Source: Sphaerisporangium sp. B11E5 (GTDB lineage Bacteria > Actinomycetota > Actinomycetes > Streptosporangiales > Streptosporangiaceae). Taken from it: a DNA stretch of 64,000 nucleotides. Below the pieces are notes generated by a model. The model ran no database searches, was not told the DNA's origin, and worked only from the letters and a program-made list of their open reading frames with translations. Numbering within the stretch: the first letter of the stretch is position 1; the number at the start of each line of letters is the position of its first letter. The DNA is taken from assembly GCF_039871875.1 (NCBI RefSeq), contig NZ_JBDPMD010000008.1, positions 108,422 to 172,421 of the forward strand, in the 5' to 3' direction. Of this stretch, positions 1 to 9,535 are shown in pieces. A program made the position numbers and the translations under genes.

Positions 1-463
1 ACCGAGGCGACGGCGTCGATGCGTACTCGCGAAGGCTTTTCCTCGGCCGCCAGCAGATGCAGCAGGATGCTCTCGGTCGCGAGCACGCCGAAGCCCGCCC
101 CGGAGACCAGGGTGCGACCGGTCGCCGCCGCCTCCCGGTCCATGCCGTGGAGCAGCTCGAACGCGCTCAGCTCGGCGGCGACGTCGACGTAGTGGGTGCC
201 TGGCGGGCAGGCCCGCGCGACCTGCGGCGCCGTGACCGCGAACGGGCCCACCGTGTTGATCACGACGGACGGCGCCTCGGTGGCCAGCCGCGCGCAGACC
301 TCGCCGAGCGAGCCGGTCACCGCCCTGCAGTCCGGACTCACCTGAGTCAGCCGCTCCCGATCGCGGCCGGCCACCACCACCGCGGTCCCCGCCCGCCGCA
401 GACGTTCCACCGCCTCCCGGCCGACCCGTCCGGTCGCGCCGAGCACCCAGATCTCACCCGTCA
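1..463 (-). CDS. NAD(P)-binding Rossmann protein (saccharopine dehydrogenase/NmrA-like), 3' end truncated by window edge
   Basis: Reverse translation begins MTGEIWVLGATGRVGREAVERL (GATGxxG dinucleotide-binding motif). ATG at complement 463. Divergent from the TetR gene. Confidence 0.6.
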
Positions 464-480
464 TGTTCGCCTCCAACAGT

Positions 481-540
481 CATGGCACGTCGTGTCATCA
501 CTATGGCATGGCATGACATGGCGTGTCATCACTAGAATCA
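481..540. promoter_or_regulatory. Candidate TetR operator: two 13-bp direct repeats CGTGTCATCACTA (491-503 and 522-534) in the divergent intergenic region
   Basis: Exact 13-mer repeated 31 bp apart, each preceded by CATGGCA-like half sites, between divergently transcribed genes. Confidence 0.35.
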
Positions 541-545
541 GCCGC

Positions 546-1124
546 ATGGGTCGATGGCAGCCGGGTGCGCGAGAACGGCTCGAACAGGCCGCGCTCGATC
601 TCTTCCTCGAACAGGGCTTCACCGAGACCACCGTGCCCCAGATCACGGCGAGGGCCGGGCTCACGACCCGGACGTTCTTCCGGCACTTCGCCGACAAGCG
701 TGAGGTGCTGTTCGCCGGCGAGGAGTCGGTGCCCGAGCGGGTGGCCCGTTTCATGGCCGAGGCCCCGCCGTCCCTCGGCCCGATGGAACTGATCACCAAG
801 GGCCTGGCCCCCGCCGCGGCCGAGATCTTCGAGGGCCGCAGCCTCGACTACCTGCTACGCCGACGAGCCGTGATCGACGCCGAACCCGCCCTGCGTGAGC
901 GCGAACTGCGCAAGTTCTCGCTGATGTCGGAAGCCCTGGAGCAGGGCTTCCGCGACCGCGGCGTCGACCACCTGACCGCCCGGCTGGCGGCCGAGATCGC
1001 CGTGACCACGTTGCGGATAGCGGTGACCCGCTGGCTCGACCAGCACGGCGACCCCGACCTCCCGGCCACCATCAACCAGACCCTGGCGGCGATGAGGCAC
1101 CTGACGAACACGCCGTCGCCGTGA
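546..1124 (+). CDS. TetR/AcrR family transcriptional regulator
   Basis: N-terminal HTH (ERLEQAALDLFLEQGFTETTVPQITARAGLTTRTFFRHFADKREVL) is typical of the TetR family. About 190 aa. Confidence 0.8.
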   Translation: MGRWQPGARERLEQAALDLFLEQGFTETTVPQITARAGLTTRTFFRHFADKREVLFAGEESVPERVARFMAEAPPSLGPMELITKGLAPAAAEIFEGRSLDYLLRRRAVIDAEPALRERELRKFSLMSEALEQGFRDRGVDHLTARLAAEIAVTTLRIAVTRWLDQHGDPDLPATINQTLAAMRHLTNTPSP

Positions 1125-1346
1125 ATGGCGTTGCCGTCCGCTACCAGCCGATGAGCCGAGAGATGTCCGCGTTCCCGCTGGACATCGCGAAGGCCGGGCA
1201 CCCGATATCCCTCGGTGGTCCCGGCCTCACTTCCCCACCCCAGAGGATGCGGCAAGACCAAGTATGCCTCACCGGCCGTGTCCAGTTAAGCGCACTCCGC
1301 CACCGGCCGGTCGTAGCCCACGCCACAGGCCCGGGGGACGCGGCCG

Positions 1347-1919
1347 TTAGCGGAGGCGGAAGCGTAGATGTGTGACGTACGGGGATTCGGTGACTGACGT
1401 CCGCTCCAGCTCGATGTGCTCGCTGCCGAGGTGTTCGAAGAGGCGGCGGCCGGTGCCGAGGAGGACCGGGGCGAGTTGTAGGTGGATCTCGTCGAGCAGG
1501 CCTGCGCGGATCGCCTGCTGGGCCACGTCGGCTCCCATCAGGGTGACGTGCTTGGTGCCTGCTGCTGCCTTGGCCTGGTGGATGGCGGTTTCGACACCTT
1601 CTGTGACGAACGTGAACGTGCTGCTGTTCATCGGCAGGTCGTCGCGGCCCCGGTGCGTGACGACGAAGGACGGGGCCGGGTAGGGGGTGTCCTTCCAGAT
1701 GTCGATCCCGACGTCGAAGGTCCGGCGGCCCAGTACCACCGCTCCTACGGCGGCGAAGTGGTGCTTGACGATCGTGGAGTCGGTCTCGTTCGTGTCGGCG
1801 TTGAACAGCCATTCGTGCAGACGCAGGCCACCCACCCCCATCGGGTGGTCGACGCCGACGTCGGGGCCCGCGATGAAACCGTCCAACGACATCGTGACGT
1901 GCAAGATGACCGCACCCAT
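1347..1919 (-). CDS. RibD C-terminal domain / dihydrofolate-reductase-like family protein (YwjB-like)
   Basis: MGAVILHVTMSLDGFIAGPDV...TFDVGIDIW...VVTHRGRDDLP...GADVAQQAIRAGLLDEIHLQLAPVLLGTGRRLF is the characteristic RibD_C/DHFR-like motif set. Good GC3. Confidence 0.7.
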   Translation of the reverse strand: MGAVILHVTMSLDGFIAGPDVGVDHPMGVGGLRLHEWLFNADTNETDSTIVKHHFAAVGAVVLGRRTFDVGIDIWKDTPYPAPSFVVTHRGRDDLPMNSSTFTFVTEGVETAIHQAKAAAGTKHVTLMGADVAQQAIRAGLLDEIHLQLAPVLLGTGRRLFEHLGSEHIELERTSVTESPYVTHLRFRLR

Positions 1920-2070
1920 ACGTCCTCCTGTGTTCGGGCTCGTCCGTGAGGCCGCGTGCGGTCCTCGGCAAGAAACGGCCGGCTGCCGGCGGAGCCTGCT
2001 TCCTTGGAAGACGATAGAGAGCCCCACCGACAGAACCGGCAGGTCTCCGAGGTGATGGGCACGGCGCCGG

Positions 2071-2108
2071 AAAGGGGAGAGCCCTCGCCGAGGGGCGAGG
2101 GCTCTCCT
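2071..2108 (-). terminator. Stable GC-rich hairpin immediately after the RHS gene stop
   Basis: GGAGAGCCCTCGCC-GAGG-GGCGAGGGCTCTCC is a perfect 14-bp inverted repeat with a 4-nt loop, 6 nt downstream of the RHS stop codon (2114-2116). Confidence 0.5.
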
Positions 2109-2113
2109 GGTTG

Positions 2114-5100
2114 TCAGGAATACTTGGTCTTGGCGGAGCAGCGGACGTTTCTGGCGTAGCCGTAGATGAAGCCGCCTATCCATCCGAGGACTCTGGCGGC
2201 GCCTGGGTAGCCCTTGGCGCTCGACCAGTGGCCGAGGGCGTTGGAGAACATCGTGCCGAAGGCTTCGCCGCAGTTGAGGCCGTTCTTGACCCGCTGGTAC
2301 TGGGAGAGGCGGGACAGGACGCCGATGATCCAGGCGATGGCTCGGCCGATGTACTTGACGACTTTCTGGCCGACCCATTTCAGGGCGCGAAGACACCAGT
2401 TCTTGCTGACGCGGCAGGCCGTCCACGCGAGCCGGGCGGCGCCGATGATCGCGAGGATGATGGCGGGGATCGCCCGGCCGTCCAGGTCCATCTTGTTGAC
2501 CGGGTCGGCGCAGGTGTACTCGTAGGCGTTGCAGCTGCCGTCCATCATCGGGTCGGACTGCAGGAACCGGCCGAGGTCCGGTGAGTACACGCGGACGCCC
2601 ATCAGGAGGTGGCCGCCCATGGCCTCACCGGATCGTTGCTTGCCGCCGAGCCAGCCGTACCGCTGGCCGGTCTGCTCGCCCGCCGGTTCGCCGAACTCCT
2701 CGTAGTCGTAGAGTTCCGGCTCGCTCAGGTCGCCGTCGATGGTGGCGGCGATGTCGCCGTGCAGGTTCGTCAGTTGCAGCCGTACGCCGCCGTCGGTGGA
2801 CGCGGTCGCCACCAGGTCGTCGTCGGGGCCGTTGACGAGCCGGGTGCGGGCGCCGGAGCCGTCCTCGCTGATCCAGTTCGGTTCGTCGGTGTCGTCACCG
2901 TAGTGGTGGACCTTCCTCGACGAGTCGGTCCAGGTGCCGTCCACCTGTGTCTGCACCTGGGACGACCGGAACCGGTGCAGCGGGTCCAGCGTCCAGGTCT
3001 GCCGGGCGTCGCCGGACTCCTGGCTCTGGATGACGTCGTTGACGTGGTAGCCGTTGGACAGCCCGTCCGGGGTCCGGGTCGTGCGGCCGAACGCGTCGTA
3101 GACGTATCCCTCGCCGGTCAGCCGGTCGGCGGAGTCGTACTCGTAGGTCTGCGACGCGTCGGCGTCCGCCGTGTCGCAGGAACCGTCCTCGGCCGGGTCG
3201 AAGACGGACCTGGCGGTCCGGTTGGACCGCGTGTCGTAGGTGTAGGTCCGGGTGACGCAGCCGGCGGTGGCGGCGCTGCTGTGCGCCACGCCGGTCAGCC
3301 GGCCGAGCCCGTCGTAGGTGTATCCCTTGCCGCCACCGGTGTACTCGTGCGAGATCCACTGGCCGGCGCTGTTCCTGACCACCGACTCGGCGAAGATCAC
3401 CGCTCCGTCGCTGTCCCGGGTGTAGGTGCGCGACACCGGCTGGAGGTTGGCGTCGAGCTGGTCGGTGCGGGTCAGGCCACCCGGGTAGGTGAGCTTGACC
3501 AGTTGCCCGTCCGGCGAGTACCCGGCGGTGAACGTCCCGGCGACGCTGTCGGTGTAGCCGGTCACCATGCCGCGCGGCTCGGCCGCCCGGTCGTAGGTGA
3601 AGGTGCCGGAGCCGGTCGGGTCGGTCACCTTGACCTTCTTGCCGAACCGGTCGTACTCGGTCACCGTGCCCGCGCCGTCGGCGTCGGCGTAGCTCACCAG
3701 CCGGCCCAGCGCGTCGTACTCCCGGATGACGGACACGCCGTCCGCGGTGCTGCGCGCGACCCGGCCGCTGGCGGCGTCGTAGGTCGTGCTGGTCGCGGGG
3801 ACGGCCGCCCCGACATCGGACGTGACGGCCCTGCCGGTGACCCGCGCGGCGGCGTCGAACGTCGTGGTCGTCGTCCTGGTCTTGCCGTCGGCGGTCTCGG
3901 TGACCTCCGCCTCGTCCAGGTAGCGGTTGTAGGAGGTGACCCGGCGGACCGGCAGGTCACCGGTCATCCGGGCGGGATCGTGACCGGTGACGGCCCCCGC
4001 GGCCCTGGTCAGGCAGACCTGACCGGCCCATTCCGGCGCGTTCCCGCAGGCGGCGTCCGCGGAGTTGGCGCCGGCCGTGTAGTAGACCACCGCGAGGGTG
4101 CGGGCGTCCGCGCCGTCGGCGCCGACGCCGAGCGCCTTCACCAGCCGGCCGGCGTTGTCGTACACCCGGTAGGACGTGAGGTTCTTCCCGCCGGCGTCGT
4201 TGACGGTCTTGGTGGGCCTGCGCAGTGTCCAGCCCGATGCCCCGCCGTGCTCGGCGGCGTATCCCGTCGTGGAGACCCGCAGGTCCACCGCCGGGTAGCC
4301 GTCGATCCTGGCGCCCTGGGTCTGTTTCGTGACCAGGTGGTACCGGGCTCCGTCGGGTTTGTCCTCGTCGTAGGCCATGGCCATGCTCGGCCGCCCGATC
4401 GCGGTGGACCCGGTCGCGATCGCGCTCAGCGGCCCGGTGCCGTCCGGGTCGGGGACCTCGCGTTCCATCACCATCGTCACCGTCGGCCCGACCGCCTCCA
4501 GCAGGTCCACCCCGTCGCTGCTGTAGGTGTTCGCCGTGGACAACGCGTACGCGCGGCTGGCGGTGTCGGAGTCCAGCAGGCCGAGTGCGGCGAGGTAGGT
4601 GTTCGCCTCGGGCAGCTGGCCGAGCGCCAGCGACCGGTCGGTGGCCTCCAGGGTGCGGACCACGTTGCCGAACCTGTCGTACTCCTGGGTGTCGATGTGG
4701 CCGCCCGGGCTGGCCACGTTGACCGCCTGGCCGTGCGGGTTCAGGTAGTAGACGGTCGCGAACCGGTACCCGGCGGTGCCGGGCACGGCGCCGGTGGCGC
4801 TGTTGCGGGCCGGTGTGTCCTCCGGCCCGAAGACCGCGACGGCCTCGGTCGGCACGTCGGACTGGGCCCAGGTGGCCGCGGCGGCGGCGTTCAGGTCGTA
4901 CGGACCACCCGCGGCCTTGGTCAGTGGCGTGTTGTAGACCAGGTTGGTGGCGACCTCCCCGTCGGTGGCGGTCCTGGAGCCGGGCTGCAGCGCGGCCCGG
5001 CGGATCCGCAGCAGCCTGCCGGGGTGCTCGTCGCCGGCCAGGTCGGCGATCTGGTCCGGGGTGAGCGCACGACCGTAGACCCGGGCGTCGTCGATGCCGC

Positions 5101-8100
5101 CGTGCCAGAGGTTCGCGGCGGCGCCGGCCCACTTGGCCCGGCCGACGACGTAACCGCCGGAGGCGTTCCAGCCACCGGTCGCCGCGGTGGTGGACTGGGC
5201 CACCCCGTTGACGTAGAGGGTCATCCTGCCGGTGGCCGTGTCGTACACGCCGGCGAGATGGGTCCACTGCCCCAGCGTGGGCGCGACGTTCGAGACGGCC
5301 CGCACCGGGGTCGAGCTCTCGCTGTCGGAGGTGACCCGGGAGAACGACCACCGGTCGTTCGCGGCCACGTAGTTCAGGAAGAACCCGCTGGTGGACGACC
5401 CGTCCTTGGAGACGATCGTCCGGTTGACCGACTTGTCGGTCAGCCTGGCCCAGGCCGAGACGGTGTAGGACGAGGTGTTGGACAGCGGCGTGCCGGCCAC
5501 CCGCACCTCGGCGCCGGACGCGCCGGTGAAGGTGAGGGCCCGGTCGTCGGGCCGGTCCGGGTCGTTGCCCTGGCCCCATCCGACGCCCGCGGCGAGCGTG
5601 CCGGTGCGGCCGCTGCCGGACGAGTCCGCCGCCGAGGTGCCCGAGCCGGCGTCGAGGTCGAAGCGCAGTGCGGCCGCGTCGACGTCCGGGTTGCCGTAGT
5701 CGAACATCCACGGCAGCTCACCCGCCGGCGTCACCTTGCGGACCCGGCCAGCCGCGTCGTACTCGTAGCCCGTCTTCAGTGCCGGGCTGACGCGCGGGTC
5801 CCAGACCTCGCGCAGGCGGCCCAGGTGGTCGTACGCGTACCTGGCCACCTCCACGGCGGTGGTGGCGGACGCCGCGGGGTCCCAGGTCCACAACTTCACC
5901 GCGCCGACCCGGTCGATGTGGTCGCCGAACACGGTGTCGCTCAGGCCCGGCGTGGTGGACGTGGCGTAGACGTACTCCAGCACCTGGCAGCCGCGCGGCA
6001 GGGTGGTCCCGGAGCACTTGCCGGCGTCGTCCACGCCTGGCTGGGCCGGGTTGACCACCCGTTTGAGCAGCATCCTCCCGCCGGAGGTGTCGTAGCCGTA
6101 GCGGGTGGTGGTACTCCCCGCCGCCGCCCAGGTGGAGGCGAGGGCCCAGACGCCGGCCTGCTGGGTGAACTCCGACACCGTGCCGTCGGTGTCGGACAGC
6201 CGGTACGTGCCGGCGTCGACCCGCGTGAGCGACAACTCCTCCACACCCGGTTCCGGGGTGAACGTCGAGCCGTCCGCGTTCCGGGAGAACGTGATCCAGC
6301 CGCCGTCGATGGTGTTCACCTGCGCGACCGACGGCTCAGGGAAGGCCAGCGTCGTGTACGTGGCCGCGGCCGGGCCGCCGGCGATCCCGGTGGACCACGC
6401 CGGGCCGAACGGCGCGACGATCTCGGTGAACGACAGGTTGTCCCAGTAGACCTTCTTCCCCGAGCCGCCCTGCGCGCCGTTGTACAGGCGGAAGAACGCC
6501 TCGGTCGCGCCGGCGGGCACGGTCATGTCGACCGACAGCTCCTGCCAGCCCTCGGTGAACCCCGCCATCGGCGAGGCCACCTCGTGGTAAGTGGTGCCCA
6601 CCCGGTGGAAACCCACGACGCGCAGGCCGCGCGAGGCGAACGCCGGTGCCAGTCCGGTGCTCGCCGGCACGTAGATCCAGCCGGTCATCCGGTACGTCCG
6701 GCCGGGCTGCATGCCGAGCCGCAGGCCGCCGCTGTCGCCGCCCACCGCGACGAAGGTGTCGTTGCTGGTCGTGGTCACCGGCGTGATCTCCAGCGAGTCG
6801 ACCGGGGTCTCCTCGCCCTGGCCGTACGCGGTGGACCGGGCCGCCGAGGACATGGACGGCACGGTGAACCCGGTCAGGTCGGAGATCTGCTGCTGGCCGG
6901 CGGTCAGCCGTTCCGGCATCGTCACGTAGCCGGTGGACGCGCCCCGCGAGGAGGCCGTCCGCGTCACCGTCAACCCCATCTCGTCCACGTCGGTGGCGGA
7001 CAGGCCGTGATCACCGGTGAGCAGGTTGACCATCCCGGGGCCGATCTCCTCGTCGGCGCCGTGCGCTCCGCTGGTGTCCACGGTGATCCGCACCCAGGGC
7101 GTGTCGTAGACCGGCGTGGTGGAGGACGCGGTGAAGATGCGGGCGCGGACCTCGACGACACCGCCGATCTGCCCGAGGGTGGCGGCGGCGTTCCAGACGG
7201 CATGCCCGCCGAGCGCGGTGAAGGGCACCGGGGCGGCGGCCGTGGCGGTGATCGGCGCGCCACCGGCCGAGGTGAGGTTCGCCGAGGGAATCGGCCGTGC
7301 GGGGGCGCCGGGCCCGCGCCGGTATTCGAAGTACGCCCGGGTGTAGCCGGCGACCGGTGTGGTGATCTGCAGCTTGGTGCGCCTGACGACGTTCGCGCCC
7401 GGCAACGGCTGGGCGAGCGCCGCGTTGCCCGCGGAGAAGGTGTAGAGGTTCGGCTCCGACAGGTTGCCGGCCCGGTCCTTCGCCTGCACCGTCAGGACGC
7501 GCTGCCCGTCCCGGGGCTTGAGCGACACGCCGACGGGGCCGGTGGCGGCCACGGTCGTCGTGTCGCTGTCGGTGTCGAGGCGGTAGATGAACCCGGCCAG
7601 ATCGGTCGTGTCCGCGGCGGGGGTGAAGGTGAACGTGTCCGCCTGGCCGGCGCCGCCATGCGGCTGGCCGTCGTCCTTGTAGATGAGCGCGGACACGAAC
7701 GGCACGCCCGGCTGGCCGGTGTCGACCCTCAGGTCGGCCCATCCGGTCCATGGGCCGTAGCCGTGCGGGTCCTTCGCCCTGACCCGCCACTGGTACGTGT
7801 TCGCGCCGTTCAGATCGGTGGTCAGTTGCCAGGACGCCGGCGATCCGTTGGTCCACGCCGGACTGCCGGACCGCAGGCCGGAGACGGCCACCGCGGCGCC
7901 GGTCATCTTGTCGCGGACCTCGAACTCGGCCTGCAGGGTCTGGCCCGCGTTGCCGTCGTTCAGCTTGGCCGACAGCGTCGGCCGGGTCGCCGAGGTCCAC
8001 GCGTCCGCCTCACAGGCGGCGTAGCACGGGGCCACCGACATCGCCGACGGCGTGGTCGGCGCGGCGTTGTAGGTGATGGAGACCGACGGCGGGTTGGCTC

Positions 8101-9535
8101 CCTCGGAGGAGTGGAACCGCTTCCAGGACAGGTGGTTGGTCTCGCTGGTGCCGCGCAGCATCAGGCTCACGTCGTTCCACCGCGAGCTCGCCGCGGACTG
8201 CAGCGCCTTGCCCACGTCGACGGACACCCAGCCGTCACCGCAGGAGGAGCTGTACCCCTTGGTCTGCGTCGACGTACCGACCTTCTCCCGGGCCACGGGC
8301 TGGGAGCCGATCCGGACGGAGGCGTCCACCCGGTCCGTGCGCCACGCTTCCCAGCTCGCGGCGGAACAGGACCACGAGTGGTAGTTGTACAGCCGTAACT
8401 GGGCTCCGATGACCTGCGTGTTCCAGATGCCCGTCGTGTCGAACCGCAGGAACGACCGCGCCACCCACGAGCCGCCGTCGTCGGAGTACCCGAGCTTCAG
8501 ATCGCCCGTTCCCGACTGGTCGGAGGTGTACCCGGTCTGCACGAAGGTGTCGAACGCCACCGGAAGCGACGACGGCGGGTCGATGGTGACCGGGAACTGG
8601 AGGTCCGCGCGGTCCAGGAAGGCGGCGTCCGGGGTCAGCGTCATCGTCGCGCGCCCCGCTCCCCGGGTCTCGGTGGCCAGGCCGACCTCGCCCCGCTTGC
8701 GGTGTTCCAGCGTCTGCGGCGAGACCTCGGCGTCCCACATCGCCGGTGTCTGAGCGCGGGACACCGTCTGCCCCGACTTGTCCTTGAAGACCATCCCGCC
8801 CATGCCGTCCGGAGCCGCGGTCAACCGTCCGGTCCGCATCGGCAGCGAGAGCCGGCGCACCTGGGACAGCGCGGCCCGGTCCTTCACCACGAAGAACTGC
8901 TGGTAACCGGTGGCGTGGGCTTCCAGCACCAGGTCCACGCCCGGCAGCACGCCGGGGTAGGTGGCGACCCGCCCGGACAGCACCGGGTCGGGAAGCGGGC
9001 CCGTCCACGACACGCTGGTCCGCGTGTCCCCCTCACCGAGCCAGACCACCTCGTGCTCGCCGGGGGCGGTCGTCGCCCCGGAGAAACGCAGGCCACGCGG
9101 GTGCGCCTTCGGAGCCACCGACCCGTCGGCCTGCCGCTGCAGGGTCAGGTCGACGGGCACCCACGCGTCGCCGCGCTTGACCCGTACCGGCGCCAGCGAC
9201 TGCTCCCGGGTCAGGGTGCCGTCCGGGTTGGCGAACACCTGGGTGGTCTCGGTGCGCAGGTCGGCGACCTCCACCCGGCCGCCACACAGCCGCGCGGCCA
9301 CCGCGGCGGAAACCGCGTCGGCCCGCTCAGGCGCGCACTGCGGCTTCCGCGCCGCCTGTTCCCGCGCGGCCTGGGCCGCCTTCGCCGTCGCGGCTGAGGC
9401 GGCCTCCGCCGGGGGTACCGCGACCGCGGCCAACGTGACGGCCATGACCACCGCCATGGCCGAACAAGTGATACGGATCCACCACGATCGCCATCCGTGG
9501 CTGGTGGTGGACATGCGAAACAGAAGCCCTGGCAT
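2114..9535 (-). CDS. Secreted RHS/YD-repeat polymorphic toxin (2473 aa) with N-terminal signal peptide, LamG-like domain, YD repeats, RHS core (…YSPDLGRFLQSDP…DPVNKMDLDGR) and ~125-aa C-terminal toxin module
   Basis: Signal peptide MSTTSHGWRSWWIRITCSAMAVVMAVTLAAVAVPPAEAASA. Dozens of YD repeats (YTYDGLGRLT, YEYDSADRLT, YVYDAFGRTT…). Canonical RHS core ending in the PxxxxDPxGL-type motif. RBS ACGGGGA is 7 nt upstream of the ATG at complement 9535. Confidence 0.85.
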   Translation of the reverse strand: MPGLLFRMSTTSHGWRSWWIRITCSAMAVVMAVTLAAVAVPPAEAASAATAKAAQAAREQAARKPQCAPERADAVSAAVAARLCGGRVEVADLRTETTQVFANPDGTLTREQSLAPVRVKRGDAWVPVDLTLQRQADGSVAPKAHPRGLRFSGATTAPGEHEVVWLGEGDTRTSVSWTGPLPDPVLSGRVATYPGVLPGVDLVLEAHATGYQQFFVVKDRAALSQVRRLSLPMRTGRLTAAPDGMGGMVFKDKSGQTVSRAQTPAMWDAEVSPQTLEHRKRGEVGLATETRGAGRATMTLTPDAAFLDRADLQFPVTIDPPSSLPVAFDTFVQTGYTSDQSGTGDLKLGYSDDGGSWVARSFLRFDTTGIWNTQVIGAQLRLYNYHSWSCSAASWEAWRTDRVDASVRIGSQPVAREKVGTSTQTKGYSSSCGDGWVSVDVGKALQSAASSRWNDVSLMLRGTSETNHLSWKRFHSSEGANPPSVSITYNAAPTTPSAMSVAPCYAACEADAWTSATRPTLSAKLNDGNAGQTLQAEFEVRDKMTGAAVAVSGLRSGSPAWTNGSPASWQLTTDLNGANTYQWRVRAKDPHGYGPWTGWADLRVDTGQPGVPFVSALIYKDDGQPHGGAGQADTFTFTPAADTTDLAGFIYRLDTDSDTTTVAATGPVGVSLKPRDGQRVLTVQAKDRAGNLSEPNLYTFSAGNAALAQPLPGANVVRRTKLQITTPVAGYTRAYFEYRRGPGAPARPIPSANLTSAGGAPITATAAAPVPFTALGGHAVWNAAATLGQIGGVVEVRARIFTASSTTPVYDTPWVRITVDTSGAHGADEEIGPGMVNLLTGDHGLSATDVDEMGLTVTRTASSRGASTGYVTMPERLTAGQQQISDLTGFTVPSMSSAARSTAYGQGEETPVDSLEITPVTTTSNDTFVAVGGDSGGLRLGMQPGRTYRMTGWIYVPASTGLAPAFASRGLRVVGFHRVGTTYHEVASPMAGFTEGWQELSVDMTVPAGATEAFFRLYNGAQGGSGKKVYWDNLSFTEIVAPFGPAWSTGIAGGPAAATYTTLAFPEPSVAQVNTIDGGWITFSRNADGSTFTPEPGVEELSLTRVDAGTYRLSDTDGTVSEFTQQAGVWALASTWAAAGSTTTRYGYDTSGGRMLLKRVVNPAQPGVDDAGKCSGTTLPRGCQVLEYVYATSTTPGLSDTVFGDHIDRVGAVKLWTWDPAASATTAVEVARYAYDHLGRLREVWDPRVSPALKTGYEYDAAGRVRKVTPAGELPWMFDYGNPDVDAAALRFDLDAGSGTSAADSSGSGRTGTLAAGVGWGQGNDPDRPDDRALTFTGASGAEVRVAGTPLSNTSSYTVSAWARLTDKSVNRTIVSKDGSSTSGFFLNYVAANDRWSFSRVTSDSESSTPVRAVSNVAPTLGQWTHLAGVYDTATGRMTLYVNGVAQSTTAATGGWNASGGYVVGRAKWAGAAANLWHGGIDDARVYGRALTPDQIADLAGDEHPGRLLRIRRAALQPGSRTATDGEVATNLVYNTPLTKAAGGPYDLNAAAAATWAQSDVPTEAVAVFGPEDTPARNSATGAVPGTAGYRFATVYYLNPHGQAVNVASPGGHIDTQEYDRFGNVVRTLEATDRSLALGQLPEANTYLAALGLLDSDTASRAYALSTANTYSSDGVDLLEAVGPTVTMVMEREVPDPDGTGPLSAIATGSTAIGRPSMAMAYDEDKPDGARYHLVTKQTQGARIDGYPAVDLRVSTTGYAAEHGGASGWTLRRPTKTVNDAGGKNLTSYRVYDNAGRLVKALGVGADGADARTLAVVYYTAGANSADAACGNAPEWAGQVCLTRAAGAVTGHDPARMTGDLPVRRVTSYNRYLDEAEVTETADGKTRTTTTTFDAAARVTGRAVTSDVGAAVPATSTTYDAASGRVARSTADGVSVIREYDALGRLVSYADADGAGTVTEYDRFGKKVKVTDPTGSGTFTYDRAAEPRGMVTGYTDSVAGTFTAGYSPDGQLVKLTYPGGLTRTDQLDANLQPVSRTYTRDSDGAVIFAESVVRNSAGQWISHEYTGGGKGYTYDGLGRLTGVAHSSAATAGCVTRTYTYDTRSNRTARSVFDPAEDGSCDTADADASQTYEYDSADRLTGEGYVYDAFGRTTRTPDGLSNGYHVNDVIQSQESGDARQTWTLDPLHRFRSSQVQTQVDGTWTDSSRKVHHYGDDTDEPNWISEDGSGARTRLVNGPDDDLVATASTDGGVRLQLTNLHGDIAATIDGDLSEPELYDYEEFGEPAGEQTGQRYGWLGGKQRSGEAMGGHLLMGVRVYSPDLGRFLQSDPMMDGSCNAYEYTCADPVNKMDLDGRAIPAIILAIIGAARLAWTACRVSKNWCLRALKWVGQKVVKYIGRAIAWIIGVLSRLSQYQRVKNGLNCGEAFGTMFSNALGHWSSAKGYPGAARVLGWIGGFIYGYARNVRCSAKTKYS

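Noticed and set aside
57-1124. 355-aa ORF fusing the upstream region to the TetR gene
   Set aside because: The N-terminal 163 codons are antisense to the NAD(P)-binding gene and lack coding bias. The TetR HTH begins right after the ATG at 546.
2609-8398. 1929-aa plus-strand ORF antisense to the RHS gene, and many other long ORFs antisense or offset to confirmed genes (e.g. 3957..5711-, 10604..12589- beyond the ABM domain, 14630..16969-, 16836..18476-, 17474..19744+, 21439..22767+, 22647..24164+, 23468..26323-, 31067..33415-, 33082..35214+, 38646..40553-, 40372..42531-, 43532..45886-, 49820..51259+, 53440..54528-, 54371..57640-)
   Set aside because: Low-complexity Arg/Gly/Pro-rich translations with no motifs and poor third-position GC. 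They are the usual stop-codon-poor alternative frames of >70% GC DNA overlapping genes with clear homology signatures.
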